DNA from: Nitrosopumilaceae archaeon
Lineage (GTDB): Archaea > Thermoproteota > Nitrososphaeria > Nitrososphaerales > Nitrosopumilaceae
Assembly: GCA_965203465.1 (NCBI GenBank)
Contig: CBDBCR010000003.1
Span: 1 to 64,000, forward strand
Direction of reading: 5' to 3'
DNA length: 64,000 nucleotides
Shown: in pieces, positions 29,038-39,600 of the stretch
Numbering within the stretch: position 1 is the first letter of the stretch
Layout: each line of letters begins with the position of its first letter
Program-made: the position numbers and the translations under genes
The notes under the pieces: generated by a model
Seen by the model: only the letters and a program-made list of their open reading frames with translations
The model's database searches: none
What the model was told of the DNA's origin: nothing

Positions 29038-29675
29038 CCGAGCGGGTACGAGGCCAGCACGGTCGCTATTCCGACCAGCACGACGAGCCCGAACGACTTT
29101 GCGGTGCCGAACCCGTGCGCCGACTTTACGGCCTTTACGGAAACCACGGTGAGCCAGACGGCGGCACCGGCGACGATCAGCAGCACGAGTGCCAGGTACC
29201 CCAGCAGCGGCCCCAGCTGCTCGGCGGCCTCCTCCGGGCCGGCCTCCTCTAGCGAGCCCAGGTCGGCAGAGGCAAACTCGGAGGCCATCAGAAAGGCGGG
29301 GCCTGCCAGCAGCAGCGACACCACGGCGACTGGCACGTTGACGTGCAGCATGACGGCGACCACGCGCCTCCAGTCCCTGCTGCCGCCCAGCAGCGCGCCG
29401 CCCGCGTAAAAGAGGGCAGCCGAGATGAGGCCCGAGGCGATCGAGGTGACGGCGTACCAGGCCAGGCTGGCCGCGTCGCTCGGCAGGCCGACCTGCCCGA
29501 GGCTCTCCTGGTACTCTGGCGGCAGGGACACCGAGGCCAGCGGCAGCGCCGGCAGCATCCCGATGACCGACGCGACTGCCAGCACGCCGGCCGCCTGGTA
29601 CAGGTGATCCCCGCCTATGCGCGCAAAGGCGCGGCTCGGCGAGGTGACGACCTGCAGGATCAGGGCCGCGTCCAC
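29034..29675 (-). CDS. Yip1-domain membrane protein
   Basis: VVTSPSRAF start, ~5 TM helices, GGALLGG, AVKSAHGFGTAKS. Confidence 0.8.
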   Translation of the reverse strand: MDAALILQVVTSPSRAFARIGGDHLYQAAGVLAVASVIGMLPALPLASVSLPPEYQESLGQVGLPSDAASLAWYAVTSIASGLISAALFYAGGALLGGSRDWRRVVAVMLHVNVPVAVVSLLLAGPAFLMASEFASADLGSLEEAGPEEAAEQLGPLLGYLALVLLIVAGAAVWLTVVSVKAVKSAHGFGTAKSFGLVVLVGIATVLASYPLG

Positions 29676-30128
29676 GAGGTGGCGCCGGGCGCGCCCGCTC
29701 TAAAACGTACCGGCCGGAGATTCTGAGCAATTCGGGCGCCGGGCCTGCTTGCGCGGCCCCCGGCGCCAGATCCGGGATCGGTTTCCGGTTCTTTTGGGCC
29801 GCGCGCCGCGCCTCGTGCAAGAGTTCGGGCCGCCCGTGGCCGCAAGCCGAGTATCGTAGCCGGCTTTGGCCCGTATATGACACGAAAGCGGCGGGAATTG
29901 CGGTTGAGAAAAACGAAGCCAAGGGCCCGAACGGGCCGATGGCGAGAGTCAGAGCCTGCTATGCCGAGCCCCCGAATCCGCCTTGGCGCCTTCCAATATC
30001 AAGATCGCGCAGCTCTGGGGGCCAAGCGCGAGAGCTGGACTGACGCCGGACGCGGCCATCGGATCCCGTCGCCGGAAGGCGATCCGAAACGCCGCACGCG
30101 GGCTACCGGCGGCGCCCGAATCGGAGCT

Positions 30129-31418
30129 CTAGAGCTTTTCTGCGCACCGGAAACCCGCGAAGAGCCAGCGCTCGTCGAGCCTGAAAAAGTTGCGGTAGCT
30201 GTTCCGTATGGAGCGCGACGGGGTGGCAAACGAGCCGCCCCGCAGCACCTTTTGGCCCGTGAACCACTTGTCGTTGTACTCGTCAAAGCCGCTCTCGAAG
30301 CCGGGATACCCCGCGAATTCGGAGCACGTCCACTCCCAGACGTCGCCGGTCATCTGCTCGCAGCCGCACCAGCTTGCCCCTCCGGGGTAGCTTCCGACGG
30401 CCGACGGGCGCCACAGGAACGATTCGAGTAGGTTGCAGCGCGACGGGTCCGGCGCCGAGCCGCCCCACGGGTGGGCCGACTTGGGCCCCCCGCCCGAGGC
30501 CGCCTTTTCCCACTCGGCCTCGGTGGGCAGGCGCTTGCCGGCCCACTTGCAGTAGGCCTCGGCCTCGTAGTAGCTGACGTGGACCACCGGCTCGTCGGAG
30601 GCAAGCTCGCGCACGCCTGCGAGGCCGCGCGTGAGCCACCGCCCGCCCTCCTTTTCCCAGTACATGGGGGCCTCCCAGCCGTGCTTTTGCACCGCGTCCC
30701 AGCCGTCCGAGAGCCAGTGGCGGTAGTCCGAGTACCCACCGTCCTCGACGAACTTTAGGTACTGCGCGTTGGTGACGGGGTACCGCGCAAGCTCGTAGTC
30801 CTGCAGGTACACCCTGTGCTCCGGCAGCTCGACATCGTAGCAGAACCCGCCGCCCGCGTGGCCCAGCTCGTACAGCCCGCCCGCTATGCGGACAGTCTCG
30901 GGCCCGGACCTGCGCGCGGCCGGCGAGGCGCCGCGCGAGACGGGCTCGTACGCTTCGGCCAGCATGTGCTGCAGGTCGTAGACCAGCAGCTCCTGGTGCT
31001 GCGCCTCGTGGTGCTCGCACATCTCGAAAAGGGCGCGCTCTTCCGGCCCCAGCTGAGCCGACTCTAGGAACTTGAGGACCTGCTCGGTGGTGCGCCCGTA
31101 ATACCGGAGCATCTGCTGCGCGGTCGGGCGCGAGACCGACCCGCGCGAGCCCTTGTCGCGCGGCGATCCGAACCTGTTGTAGTACGAGTTGAGGTACCAC
31201 GCGTGGCCGTCCTTGTGGGGCTCGTAGGACGGATCGGCCTTGGAGAGGGCCACCTCGTAGAGCCAGCTGACGTGGCCGATGTGCCACTTTGGCGGGCTCG
31301 CGTAGCGGGCAGTCTGGACGGCGAAGTCGTCCGGCCGCAGGTTGCGCACCAAGTCCATCGTGGTCTTGCGCGAGGCCGCGAAGGTTTCCAGCAAAGGATC
31401 GGCTGCGACCGTGGCCAT
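30129..31418 (-). CDS. egtB: Ergothioneine biosynthesis sulfoxide synthase
   Basis: DinB-like SPPKWHIGH, NSYY, HHEAQHQELL; FGE-sulfatase domain RLPTEAEWE, GDVWEW, VLRGGS, YRNFF...FAGFRCA. Confidence 0.93.
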   Translation of the reverse strand: MATVAADPLLETFAASRKTTMDLVRNLRPDDFAVQTARYASPPKWHIGHVSWLYEVALSKADPSYEPHKDGHAWYLNSYYNRFGSPRDKGSRGSVSRPTAQQMLRYYGRTTEQVLKFLESAQLGPEERALFEMCEHHEAQHQELLVYDLQHMLAEAYEPVSRGASPAARRSGPETVRIAGGLYELGHAGGGFCYDVELPEHRVYLQDYELARYPVTNAQYLKFVEDGGYSDYRHWLSDGWDAVQKHGWEAPMYWEKEGGRWLTRGLAGVRELASDEPVVHVSYYEAEAYCKWAGKRLPTEAEWEKAASGGGPKSAHPWGGSAPDPSRCNLLESFLWRPSAVGSYPGGASWCGCEQMTGDVWEWTCSEFAGYPGFESGFDEYNDKWFTGQKVLRGGSFATPSRSIRNSYRNFFRLDERWLFAGFRCAEKL

Positions 31419-31463
31419 GCCCGCGCCCGCGGCCAGAGCCCTATTATACCTAGGGCGCACGCC

Positions 31464-32083
31464 CGGTTAACCCAAAAGTTCCGCCGGAGGGAGAATGATT
31501 TCCGATCGCAAATAGGCCAAAACGGGCAAAACGGCGGCGTCAGAAAGAATGGCTCGTCCGGCTCCGTTCCTGCCGCAGCCCAGACTGGCCGGCGCCCGCG
31601 CCGCCGCCCGGATTCGGGCGCAGGCATGAACCTGACCGACGCAGCGCGCAGCGTCCCCGCCCGTCTCGGGCCGTCTTGCCGGATTTTCGGATCAGCCGGG
31701 CGGCCCTAGTCCGGACTACAGAAAGAGCGGCATCGCCTCCAGCACGTCCGACTGCTGCTTTGCGACCAGCGCGGCGTGCCTGCGGGCCTAGGCCACCGAA
31801 GCGACGTTCTTGCCGCCGGTAGCGGCCAGCACGACGCAGCTGGCAACGTCTCGGCGGCCGTACCTGGCGTTGGGCGCGGCCGAGAACCCGGGGCGGCCCA
31901 CGGCCTCGGCGAACCCGTCCATCATCCGTTCATATGTGGGGCGGTCGCCCCTCCGAGCTCGTCCCGGGCGGTTCCTCTTCGTGTCGGTTGAGGCGTCGTC
32001 CAGGACGGCCGTTTTTGGATCTTTCGGTGGGCCCTGCCGGCGATCGCTTTCCGGGCTCCGCCAGGGTACTTTTGGGTTAACTG
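31464..32083. mobile_element. Internally deleted ISH3-like element / MITE, copy A
   Basis: TIRs CGGTTAACCCAAAAGT (31464-31479) and ACTTTTGGGTTAACTG (32068-32083) match 15/16. A stop-containing minus-strand remnant (..FSAAPNARYGRRDVASCVVLAA..) resembles a transposase N-terminus. Homologous to 55798-56233. Confidence 0.7.
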
Positions 32084-32113
32084 CTGATCGCAGCTAGGAT
32101 TAAAGCCGAGATC

Positions 32114-32524
32114 GTGGCCGGCGCGCCGTTGTCTCAAGACGCGGTCATGGACACGGTCCGGGCGTTCTTCGAGGTGGGGCGCACAAAGGAGCTGGCAGCC
32201 ATACCGCGCCTGATGCTCGACGATCCGCGCTTTTCCAGCTTTGGGGAATCGCACCCGTACGGGCTGCGCGGGGCCGCCGAGAGCGTCGCGCTCGAGGAGC
32301 TGCGCTTCGTCGGCATGTCCGACTACCAGTACAGCATACGCGACCAGAAGGTGAGCGTGTTCGGGGACGTGGCCGTGGCCGCGTTCACCGTCGAGCAGCA
32401 GGGCATGCTCGTGGATTCAAAGACGTTCGCCGGCGAGCACGTAAAGGCCCAGACGCGCGCCACGTTCGTCCTAGTGCAAAAGGGCGGCTGGAAGATAGCG
32501 CACACGCACATGTCACGGTTTTGA
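32114..32524 (+). CDS. NTF2/SnoaL-like domain protein
   Basis: KVSVFGDVAVA.F...RATFVLVQKGGWKIAHTHMS. Confidence 0.8.
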   Translation: MAGAPLSQDAVMDTVRAFFEVGRTKELAAIPRLMLDDPRFSSFGESHPYGLRGAAESVALEELRFVGMSDYQYSIRDQKVSVFGDVAVAAFTVEQQGMLVDSKTFAGEHVKAQTRATFVLVQKGGWKIAHTHMSRF

Positions 32525-33340
32525 CTTTTTCTTTCCGCGCTTTTCGGGCGCCTCGGACACCGACCTCTTGTAGGATTCGTAGGCGGCGTCGGCCGAGGCG
32601 TTGCGGTGGACGATGTCGTAGACCGCGCGTATCATGGCCACGGGGTGGTCGGACTGCCATATGTTGCGGCCCATGTCGACGCCGACCGCGCCCCCCTTTA
32701 CGGCGTTGCGCGTGAGCACGAGCGCGTCCCTTTCTGGTATCTTTTTGCCGCCGGCCACTATGACCGGCACCGGGCACGATCCGGTCACCTGCTCGAACCC
32801 CTCGCAGTAGTACGTCTTTACGACGTGCGCGCCCTGCTCGGCGGCCATCCTGCACGCGAGCGAGAGGTACTTTGCGTCGCGGGCCATGTCCTTGCCGACG
32901 GCAGTCACTGCCAGCACCGGCATGCCGCAGCCCTGCGCCTCGTTGACCACGCGCCCGAGGTTGGAGACGCTCTGGTGCTCGTACTTTGATCCCACGAACA
33001 CGGACATCGCCACGGCGGCCGCGTTGAGGCGCAGCGCGTCTGCCATGTCGACGGTTATCTGCTCGCGCGAAAGGTCCTCCCCTATTATGCTCGGGCCGCC
33101 CGATATCCTCAGCACGACGGGGACCGGCGCGTTGGGATCCACGCACGTCCTCAGTATGCCGCGCGTGAGCATCAGCGAATCGCAGTGCCTCACCAGCGGC
33201 CCGACGGCGCGCCGGGGATCCTCGAGCCTCGAGGTCGGGCCCAGAAAGTACCCGTGATCGACTGCCAGCATGAGGGCCCGCTTGTCGCGCGGGTTTATCA
33301 CGCGCGCGAGCCGGTTGCGCATGCCCCAGTCCACGGGCAA
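32513..33340 (-). CDS. lsrF: LsrF/DhnA-family class I aldolase/thiolase
   Basis: DWGMRNRL, LAVDHGYFLGPT, GAHVVKTYY, VIVAGGKK, GVDMGRNIWQ. Confidence 0.88.
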   Translation of the reverse strand: MPVDWGMRNRLARVINPRDKRALMLAVDHGYFLGPTSRLEDPRRAVGPLVRHCDSLMLTRGILRTCVDPNAPVPVVLRISGGPSIIGEDLSREQITVDMADALRLNAAAVAMSVFVGSKYEHQSVSNLGRVVNEAQGCGMPVLAVTAVGKDMARDAKYLSLACRMAAEQGAHVVKTYYCEGFEQVTGSCPVPVIVAGGKKIPERDALVLTRNAVKGGAVGVDMGRNIWQSDHPVAMIRAVYDIVHRNASADAAYESYKRSVSEAPEKRGKKKSKP

Positions 33341-33359
33341 AGCCGCCGGGCGGCCGGAA

Positions 33360-34379
33360 TTAAGCCTTTCCCGTGACTATTATCTTCATGGCGCCCTCGC
33401 CCGACCTCGCCAGATCGAATGCCTTTTGGGAATCCGCCACGCCGAACGAGTGCGTGATCAGGGGCCCCAGGTCCAGCGCGCCCGATATCATGCCGAGGGC
33501 CTCGCGCGTGTCCGCGTCCGAGGCCGCGTAGCTCGACACCAGGGAGACCTCGCGCGCGTACAGGTCGGAAAGGTCAAAGTCGGCCGTCGTGCCGCGCGGC
33601 GGCACGCCGAACAGCATCACCGTGCCGCCCTTGCGCACCGAGCGGATCGCTTCCAGCAGCGCCGCGGGGCTGCCCGTGGCCACCACGGCCGCGTCGGCGC
33701 CGCCGGCCCCCCGTATCCGCTCCGCGGCAGAGCCTGCCTCTAGCGGCTCGGCGCCGGCAGAGCGCGCAGCCTCCAGCCTGTACGCGTTCGTATCGGAGCA
33801 GAACACCTTCGAGGCGCGCCGCCCCCCCAGCATCGCGTGCATTATGCCGGTCGGCCCCGCCCCGAAGACCGCCAGCGAATCTCCGTCGCGGAACGGTATC
33901 TTTTTCCACGCCCGCAGGCAGCAGGCCAGCGGCTCTATCATGGCCGCCTCCTCGAAAGAGACCGAGTCGGGCAGCCTCAGCACCCCGAGCTTGGCGTTGG
34001 GCGCCGGGACGGTGTACAGCTCCGAGAGGCCGCACGGCCACAGGTTGGTGCTCGAATACGTCTCGCAGAGCGTCTCGGCGCCGTGCCCGCACAGCCTGCA
34101 GCTGCCGCACGGGACGTGGTGGTGCGTAAAGACGCGATCCCCCGGCTCGAACCCGGCGCCCCTGCCGGCCTCGACTACCGTCCCTGCCGGCTCGTGGCCC
34201 AGCCGCATCGAGGGCTTGCCGTAGCTTCCGAATACCTTCTCGACGTCCGAGCCGCATATGCCGCAGGCGGCCATCCTGACCAGCAGCTCGCCCTCGCCGG
34301 GGGGCGGCACGTCGACTCTGGACACCGAGACGGTCGAAGGCCCCGATACCGAGGCTGCCAGCGACGAGGCCACCCTCAC
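33360..34379 (-). CDS. Zinc-dependent (MDR) dehydrogenase
   Basis: CGICGSD, LGHEPAG, CGSCRLC...C, EPLACC, GAGPTG. The GTG start overlaps the atpF stop. Confidence 0.9.
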   Translation of the reverse strand: MRVASSLAASVSGPSTVSVSRVDVPPPGEGELLVRMAACGICGSDVEKVFGSYGKPSMRLGHEPAGTVVEAGRGAGFEPGDRVFTHHHVPCGSCRLCGHGAETLCETYSSTNLWPCGLSELYTVPAPNAKLGVLRLPDSVSFEEAAMIEPLACCLRAWKKIPFRDGDSLAVFGAGPTGIMHAMLGGRRASKVFCSDTNAYRLEAARSAGAEPLEAGSAAERIRGAGGADAAVVATGSPAALLEAIRSVRKGGTVMLFGVPPRGTTADFDLSDLYAREVSLVSSYAASDADTREALGMISGALDLGPLITHSFGVADSQKAFDLARSGEGAMKIIVTGKA

Positions 34380-34669
34380 ACACCCAGTATGCTCTTTAGC
34401 ATCGCGCGGTAGTCCACGTCGGTCTTTTTTCCGCCCGCCGCCGGCAGGGCGAACACGAGGGCCTTTGTGGAGGCGCGCACGCGCGTCATCTCGTCGGATA
34501 TGGGCCCGGCCACGTCGTCGCCGACCAGCACGAGCCCCACGTCCGGATCCGAGGCCAGCTCCCTTATGCTGTCGAGGGCCTTTTCGGGGGTGGGCGAGAC
34601 GCGCCCGGGGACGCCTGCCAGCTGAAAGCTGGCCACGAAAGACTTGGTGCCCACCGTATAGACCTTCAC
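34376..34669 (-). CDS. atpF: A/V-type ATP synthase subunit F
   Basis: KVYTVGTKSFVASFQLAGV...DVGLVLVGDD...YRAMLKSILGV. Confidence 0.88.
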   Translation of the reverse strand: MKVYTVGTKSFVASFQLAGVPGRVSPTPEKALDSIRELASDPDVGLVLVGDDVAGPISDEMTRVRASTKALVFALPAAGGKKTDVDYRAMLKSILGV

Positions 34670-34724
34670 GGGCGCGCGGGCGCGGCGCCTGTAATTTAAA
34701 TTTAGGAGGGCCGGGCCCCGCCGC

Positions 34725-35021
34725 ATGGAGATAGACCGATCCAAAAAGGTGTACGTCTTTACCCACGGCAGGGCGGACCTGCGCGAAAAGGCGGCCGCGG
34801 CGCTGGAGTCGGCCGGCTTCGACAGGGGCAGCCTCGTGGACGCGGCGCCCGACAGGACGGGCCTGCCGGGCGAGTACATGGCGATGCTGTGGATGCCGCC
34901 CGACCCCGACCACATAAAGATCCAAGTGATAACGGCCGTAAAGGACGCGCCCCCCGAGGGCATGATAGGCCGCTGGAAGGGCGTCGAAAAGGACGACATC
35001 GGGACCGTCCCGCTCAGCTGA
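34725..35021 (+). CDS. Conserved hypothetical protein
   Basis: Clean ORF after the bidirectional TATA tttaaattta; YMAMLWMPP.PDHIKIQ...GRWKGV. Confidence 0.7.
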   Translation: MEIDRSKKVYVFTHGRADLREKAAAALESAGFDRGSLVDAAPDRTGLPGEYMAMLWMPPDPDHIKIQVITAVKDAPPEGMIGRWKGVEKDDIGTVPLS

Positions 35022-35244
35022 AGCCTATGCCGAGGCGCGAGGCCTCCTTTCCCGGATCCGGCTCGGCCTCGCGCAGATCCAGGTATGCCAGCGCGTCCGA
35101 TACGAGCTGCTCGGCCTCGCCGGCCGGCGCGTTCAGCTCGGACTGCGCGAGGCGCACGTACCCGCCGATCGCCCCGTCGCTCCGGTCGGAGCCGCTCGCC
35201 GAAATGAGGTACGCCATCCTCTCTATGCGCTCGTTTCCGTCCAT
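35014..35244 (-). CDS. Small hypothetical protein
   Basis: 76-aa ORF starting 1 nt after the upstream gene's stop. Confidence 0.55.
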   Translation of the reverse strand: MDGNERIERMAYLISASGSDRSDGAIGGYVRLAQSELNAPAGEAEQLVSDALAYLDLREAEPDPGKEASRLGIGFS

Positions 35245-35245
35245 G

Positions 35246-35611
35246 TCACATGTCCGCGATTATCCGCTTTATGCGGGTTATGAGGCGCATCTTGGCCGAT
35301 ACCGGCATGTCCGGCTCGACCGTCACGAAGACGGTCCTCTTTGGGGTGTACACCACCAGCTGGCTGACGCGCTCGCGCTCGACGTGCACGTACCTGACCT
35401 TGCCTAGGGACCTGTCGAACTCGCGGCGCATGCGGCGCCTCTCGGCTATCTGCTGGCAAAAGTGCTCCTGCTCGCGCTGCGATTCCAGCGAGGTCTTGCC
35501 CTCCTTCATGATGCTCTCGACGATGTTGCCCTTTAGGTCGATTATGCCCACGAAGCGCATCTTGGGGCTCAGGCCGATCACCTTGTCGACCACCGACTTT
35601 AGATCCTTCAC
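35246..35611 (-). CDS. Thaumarchaeal roadblock/DUF6659-like protein
   Basis: MRFVGIIDLKG...RREFDRSLGKVRYVHVERERV. Confidence 0.75.
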   Translation of the reverse strand: MKDLKSVVDKVIGLSPKMRFVGIIDLKGNIVESIMKEGKTSLESQREQEHFCQQIAERRRMRREFDRSLGKVRYVHVERERVSQLVVYTPKRTVFVTVEPDMPVSAKMRLITRIKRIIADM

Positions 35612-35647
35612 GGGGTGCGCGCCCGGCGGCTCCTATTTGAACATAAC

Positions 35648-35908
35648 CTAGAGGCCCCTGGCCACGGCGCCCACGAAGCCGGGGTACTCCTCGTCGTCGA
35701 ACGAGGTCTTTTTGTAGTCGCCGCGCCGGACCGACTCTTTGAGGGAGTCGAGGTGGTAGCAGCGCCGCGGCCTGGCAAAGTAGAACCCCGGGCACGAGCA
35801 GAAGCCGGCGTCCGGATCTGCCCAGTACTCGCGCCCCGCCGAGACGGTCCATACCCGGCGGCCGCTGGGCCCGAACTCGTGCAGAAAGACGCGCACCTGC
35901 CGGGCCAC
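35648..35908 (-). CDS. SWIM zinc-finger protein
   Basis: WTV...EYW...FCSCPGFYF...CYHL. Confidence 0.8.
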   Translation of the reverse strand: MARQVRVFLHEFGPSGRRVWTVSAGREYWADPDAGFCSCPGFYFARPRRCYHLDSLKESVRRGDYKKTSFDDEEYPGFVGAVARGL

Positions 35909-35969
35909 CGCCGGGCCCGGGCCGGCCCCGTATAGATAGGTTAATCACCCCGGACGGGCGCGGCGGGGC

Positions 35970-36695
35970 GTGCCGGCAAGGATGGTGCCCTCCAAGCCGG
36001 CGCTGGTCCTCGAAGAGGACGGCAGGCACCTGGTCGTCTCGGACGTGCACGTCGGCTTTGAGGCGCTCTTCGAGGGGGTGCGCGCGGGCGGCGGGGGCGC
36101 GCGAGAGGCCGCCGGCGCCATATCCGAGATACTGGAGGGCGAGGATCTGAGCTCCCTGGTGCTGCTCGGCGACACAAAGTCGGGCACCGGCGCCATAACG
36201 AGCCAGGAATGGGAGCAGGTGCCAGAATTCCTGGACATCCTAAAGTCGCGCGCCGACATCACGCTGGTCCCGGGCAACCACGACGCGGGGATCTCGCGCC
36301 TGGTCCCGTCGGGCGTGCGCATGACCGGGCCCGGCGGCCTGGTGCTCGGCGGCACGCTGCTCATGCACGGCCACGCCATGCCCCCGCGCAGCTATTCGCA
36401 CGTGAGGCGCCTCGTCGCCGGCCACGTCCACCCCGCGTACAGGGACCCCGATTCCCTGCTTGCCGGCAGCAGGGTGTGGGCGTGGCTGCGCGTGCCCAAG
36501 AGGAGCATCTTCCCGTCCGAGCGGGGGCAGCTGGACGTGGTGCTCGTCCCCGCGTTCAACGAGTACATGCTGCCGGGCCGCGCGCGCTCGCCGTCTGCCC
36601 TCTCGCGGCGCCTGCGCTCGGCCTCCGAGGCCCGCATAGTCACCCTGGACGGCTCGCTCATCGGCGGCGCAGACCGGCTGAGCCGCGTCATCTGA
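35970..36695 (+). CDS. Metallophosphoesterase (calcineurin-like)
   Basis: SDVHVG, LGD, PGNHD, HGH, GHVHP, PAFN. Confidence 0.9.
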   Translation: MPARMVPSKPALVLEEDGRHLVVSDVHVGFEALFEGVRAGGGGAREAAGAISEILEGEDLSSLVLLGDTKSGTGAITSQEWEQVPEFLDILKSRADITLVPGNHDAGISRLVPSGVRMTGPGGLVLGGTLLMHGHAMPPRSYSHVRRLVAGHVHPAYRDPDSLLAGSRVWAWLRVPKRSIFPSERGQLDVVLVPAFNEYMLPGRARSPSALSRRLRSASEARIVTLDGSLIGGADRLSRVI

Positions 36696-39600
36696 GGTAC
36701 GGCTCGAGGGGGCCGCGCGTGGTCTCGTTGGACTTTAGCCACTCTAGCGTGCGCACGAACGACTCGGCAAGCTCGGTGGTCGTCAGCACCGGCACGCCCA
36801 TCTCGAGGGCCTTGCGCCGTATCTGGTACTCGTCGTCGAGCATGCCGGCGTACTTTTCCATCGTCGAGGTGCTCGGCACGTTTATGATAAAGTCTATCTT
36901 GCGGCCGTGCAGCAGGTCGGCGATGTTGGGCTCGCGGTCCGGCTCGCTTATCTTGTGGACCGTCTCGACTGGCCCCTCGAGCCTCCGGCGGAAGAACTCG
37001 GCGGTGTGCTCGGTGGCCAGCACCCGGAAGCCCAGCTTTGCGAGCAGCGCGACGGTGCCGAGCAGCTTTTCCTTTGCGCGCGCGCCGCCTGCCGTGACCA
37101 GGGCCGCGCCCTCCGAGGGCAGGCCGTAGCCGACCGACGTGAGCGCCTTTGCCAGCGCGTCGTAAAAGCTCTCCCCGAAGCAGGCGGCCTCGCCGGTCGA
37201 CTGCATCTCGACGCCCAGCACGATGTCGGCTCCGTCCAGCTGCATGAACGAAAACTGCGGGGCCTTTATGCCGTAGCCCTCGGTCTTCCAGGCGCCGTCG
37301 GGCACGTCGGGCAGCTCCATCCCCAGTATCGCCTTGGATGCCATCGATATGAGGTTGGTGCGCGACATCTTGGAGACGAACGGCATGGACCGCGAGGCTC
37401 GTATGTTGAGCTCTATGACGTAGACGGTGCCGTCGTGCACCAGGAACTGCAGGTTGAACGGCCCGCGCACGTTGAACGTCAAAGCTATCTTGCGCGTGTA
37501 CTCGGCGACCTCCTCCATTATGCGGTTGTCCAGCCTCCAGGGCGGCATGCACATCATCGCGTCGCCCGAGTGGACGCCGGCCCTGTCGATGTGCTCCACT
37601 ATGGCCCCGATGACGACGCGCCGCCCGTCGCAGACGCCGTCGACGTCCAGCTCGAGCGAGTCGAGCATGAACTTTGATATCACCACGGGGTGGTCCGGCG
37701 ATGGGCTCGGCACGCTGCGCGCGTACTCGGACAGGCCCGACGGCGACCAGACCACCCGCATGGCCGCCCCGCTGAGCACGTACGAGGGCCGCACCAGCAC
37801 CGGGTAGCCGACCTCGCGCGCGAACTCTTTCGCCTCGGGCACGCTCGAGAGCGCCTGCCACCGCGGCTGCCGTATGTGGAGCTTGTCCAGCTCGGTGCTG
37901 AACGTAGAGCGGTTCTCGGCCCTGTCCACGTCGCGCGCGGCGGTGCCCAGCAGGCGCACGCCGGCGCCGTCCAGGTCCAGCGTCAGGTTGTTGGCCGTCT
38001 GCCCCCCCACGCACGTCACCACGCCGCGCGAGCCCTCGAACTCGGCGATGTCCAGTATCCTCTCGAGGGTCAGCTCTTCGAAGTACAGGCGGCTGCATAT
38101 GTCGTAGTCCGTAGAGACTGTCTCGGGGTTGCAATTCACGACGGAGACCTCGCCGGCGCCGTTCTCCTGCAGGCCCCATACCATGTTCACCGTACCCCAG
38201 TCGAACTCCACGCTGCTGCCTATGCGGTAGGGCCCCGCGCCGAGCACCAGCACCCCGCCGCCGGGCGGGCTCACGTCGTGCGAGCTGCCCCCGTAGGTCA
38301 TGTACAGGTAGTTGGTCTTTGCGGGCCACTCCGCCGCCAGCGTGTCTATCTGCTTTACGTACGGCAGTATGCCGTTCTCCTTTCGGGCCCGGCGGACGCG
38401 GCGCTCGTCCGATCCGGCCGCGCGCGCTATCTGCCTGTCCGAAAAGCCCATGCGCTTTAGCTCCAGCAGGCGCCGCGGCTCGAGCGAGGCAGAGCCGGCG
38501 GCCTCGGCTATGCCGCGCAGCTTTTCTATGAACCACGGGTCTATCGAGGAGAGCGAGTATATGCGCGGGGTGGACACGCCGCGCCCGATGGCCTGTGCCA
38601 CCCTGTGCAGTATCTGATCGTCGGGATCTGCCAGCGCCCTTTCCAGCTCCTCGTCGGACATGTCCGGCTCGGGGAGCCTGTTGAGGGCCATGCCGTCGCG
38701 GCCCGCGTCGAGCATGCGCACCGCCTTTTGCAGGGATTCTTCGAAGGTGCGCCCCACGGCCATGACCTCGCCGACCGACTTCATGGTCGGGCCCAGCCTG
38801 CGGTTGGCCCTCTCGAACTTTGAAAAGTCCCAGCGCGGGTGCTTGCAGACGATGTAGTCGAGCGACGGCTCGAAGCAGGCCGTCGTGGACTTCGTGATGC
38901 GGTTCTCCAGCTCGGGCAGGGTGTACCCGAGGCCTATCTTGGCCGACATGTACGCCAGCGGGTACCCGGTGGCCTTGCTTGCCAGCGCCGAGGACCTGGA
39001 CAGGCGCGGGTTTATCTCGATGGCCGCGTACCTGTCCGAATCCGGATCGAGTGCGTACTGGATGTTGCACTCGCCGACTATGCCGACGTGCCCGGTGGCC
39101 CGCAGCGAGGCGGTCCGCATGGCGTGGTATTCGGAGTTGTCCAGCGTCTGCGACGGGGCCACCACGATGTTGTCGCCGGTGTGGACGCGCATCGAGAGCA
39201 CGTTCTCCATGTTGCAGACGATGACGCTGTTTGATTCGGCGTCGCGCATGACCTCGTACTCTATCTGCTTCCAGTGCCCGACGTACTCTTCGACCAGGAC
39301 CTGGCCGACCATCGAGGCGTTGATGCCGCGCCCCACTATCTCGTGCAGCTCTATCTCGTTGTGCGCCACGCCTCCGCCCTTGCCGCCCAGCGTGTACGCC
39401 ACGCGCACGATGACGGGGTAGCCCAGCATGGCCGCGGCCTCTTTTGCCCCCTCAAAGTCCGAGACGGTCCGGCTGCGCAGGACGGGCACGCCGCACTCGG
39501 ACATGGAATCCTTGAACAGCTGCCTGTCCTCGGTCCTCTTTATGCCGTCGACGGGCGTGCCCAGCACCCTGATGCCGTGCCTGGCCAGGGCGCCGGATTC

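Noticed and set aside
33360-34999. Long N-terminal extensions of the Zn-dehydrogenase and atpF (likewise 48921-50747, 49729-51171, 19090-20847)
   Set aside because: The extensions overlap real genes or promoters and reflect stop-poor GC-rich DNA.
36392-39070. Long Arg/Gly/Ala-rich alternative-frame ORFs (also 5272-6567, 49902-51572, 51847-53430, 57825-59912, 58694-60688)
   Set aside because: Shadow ORFs caused by high GC3; they have no motifs and overlap well-supported genes.
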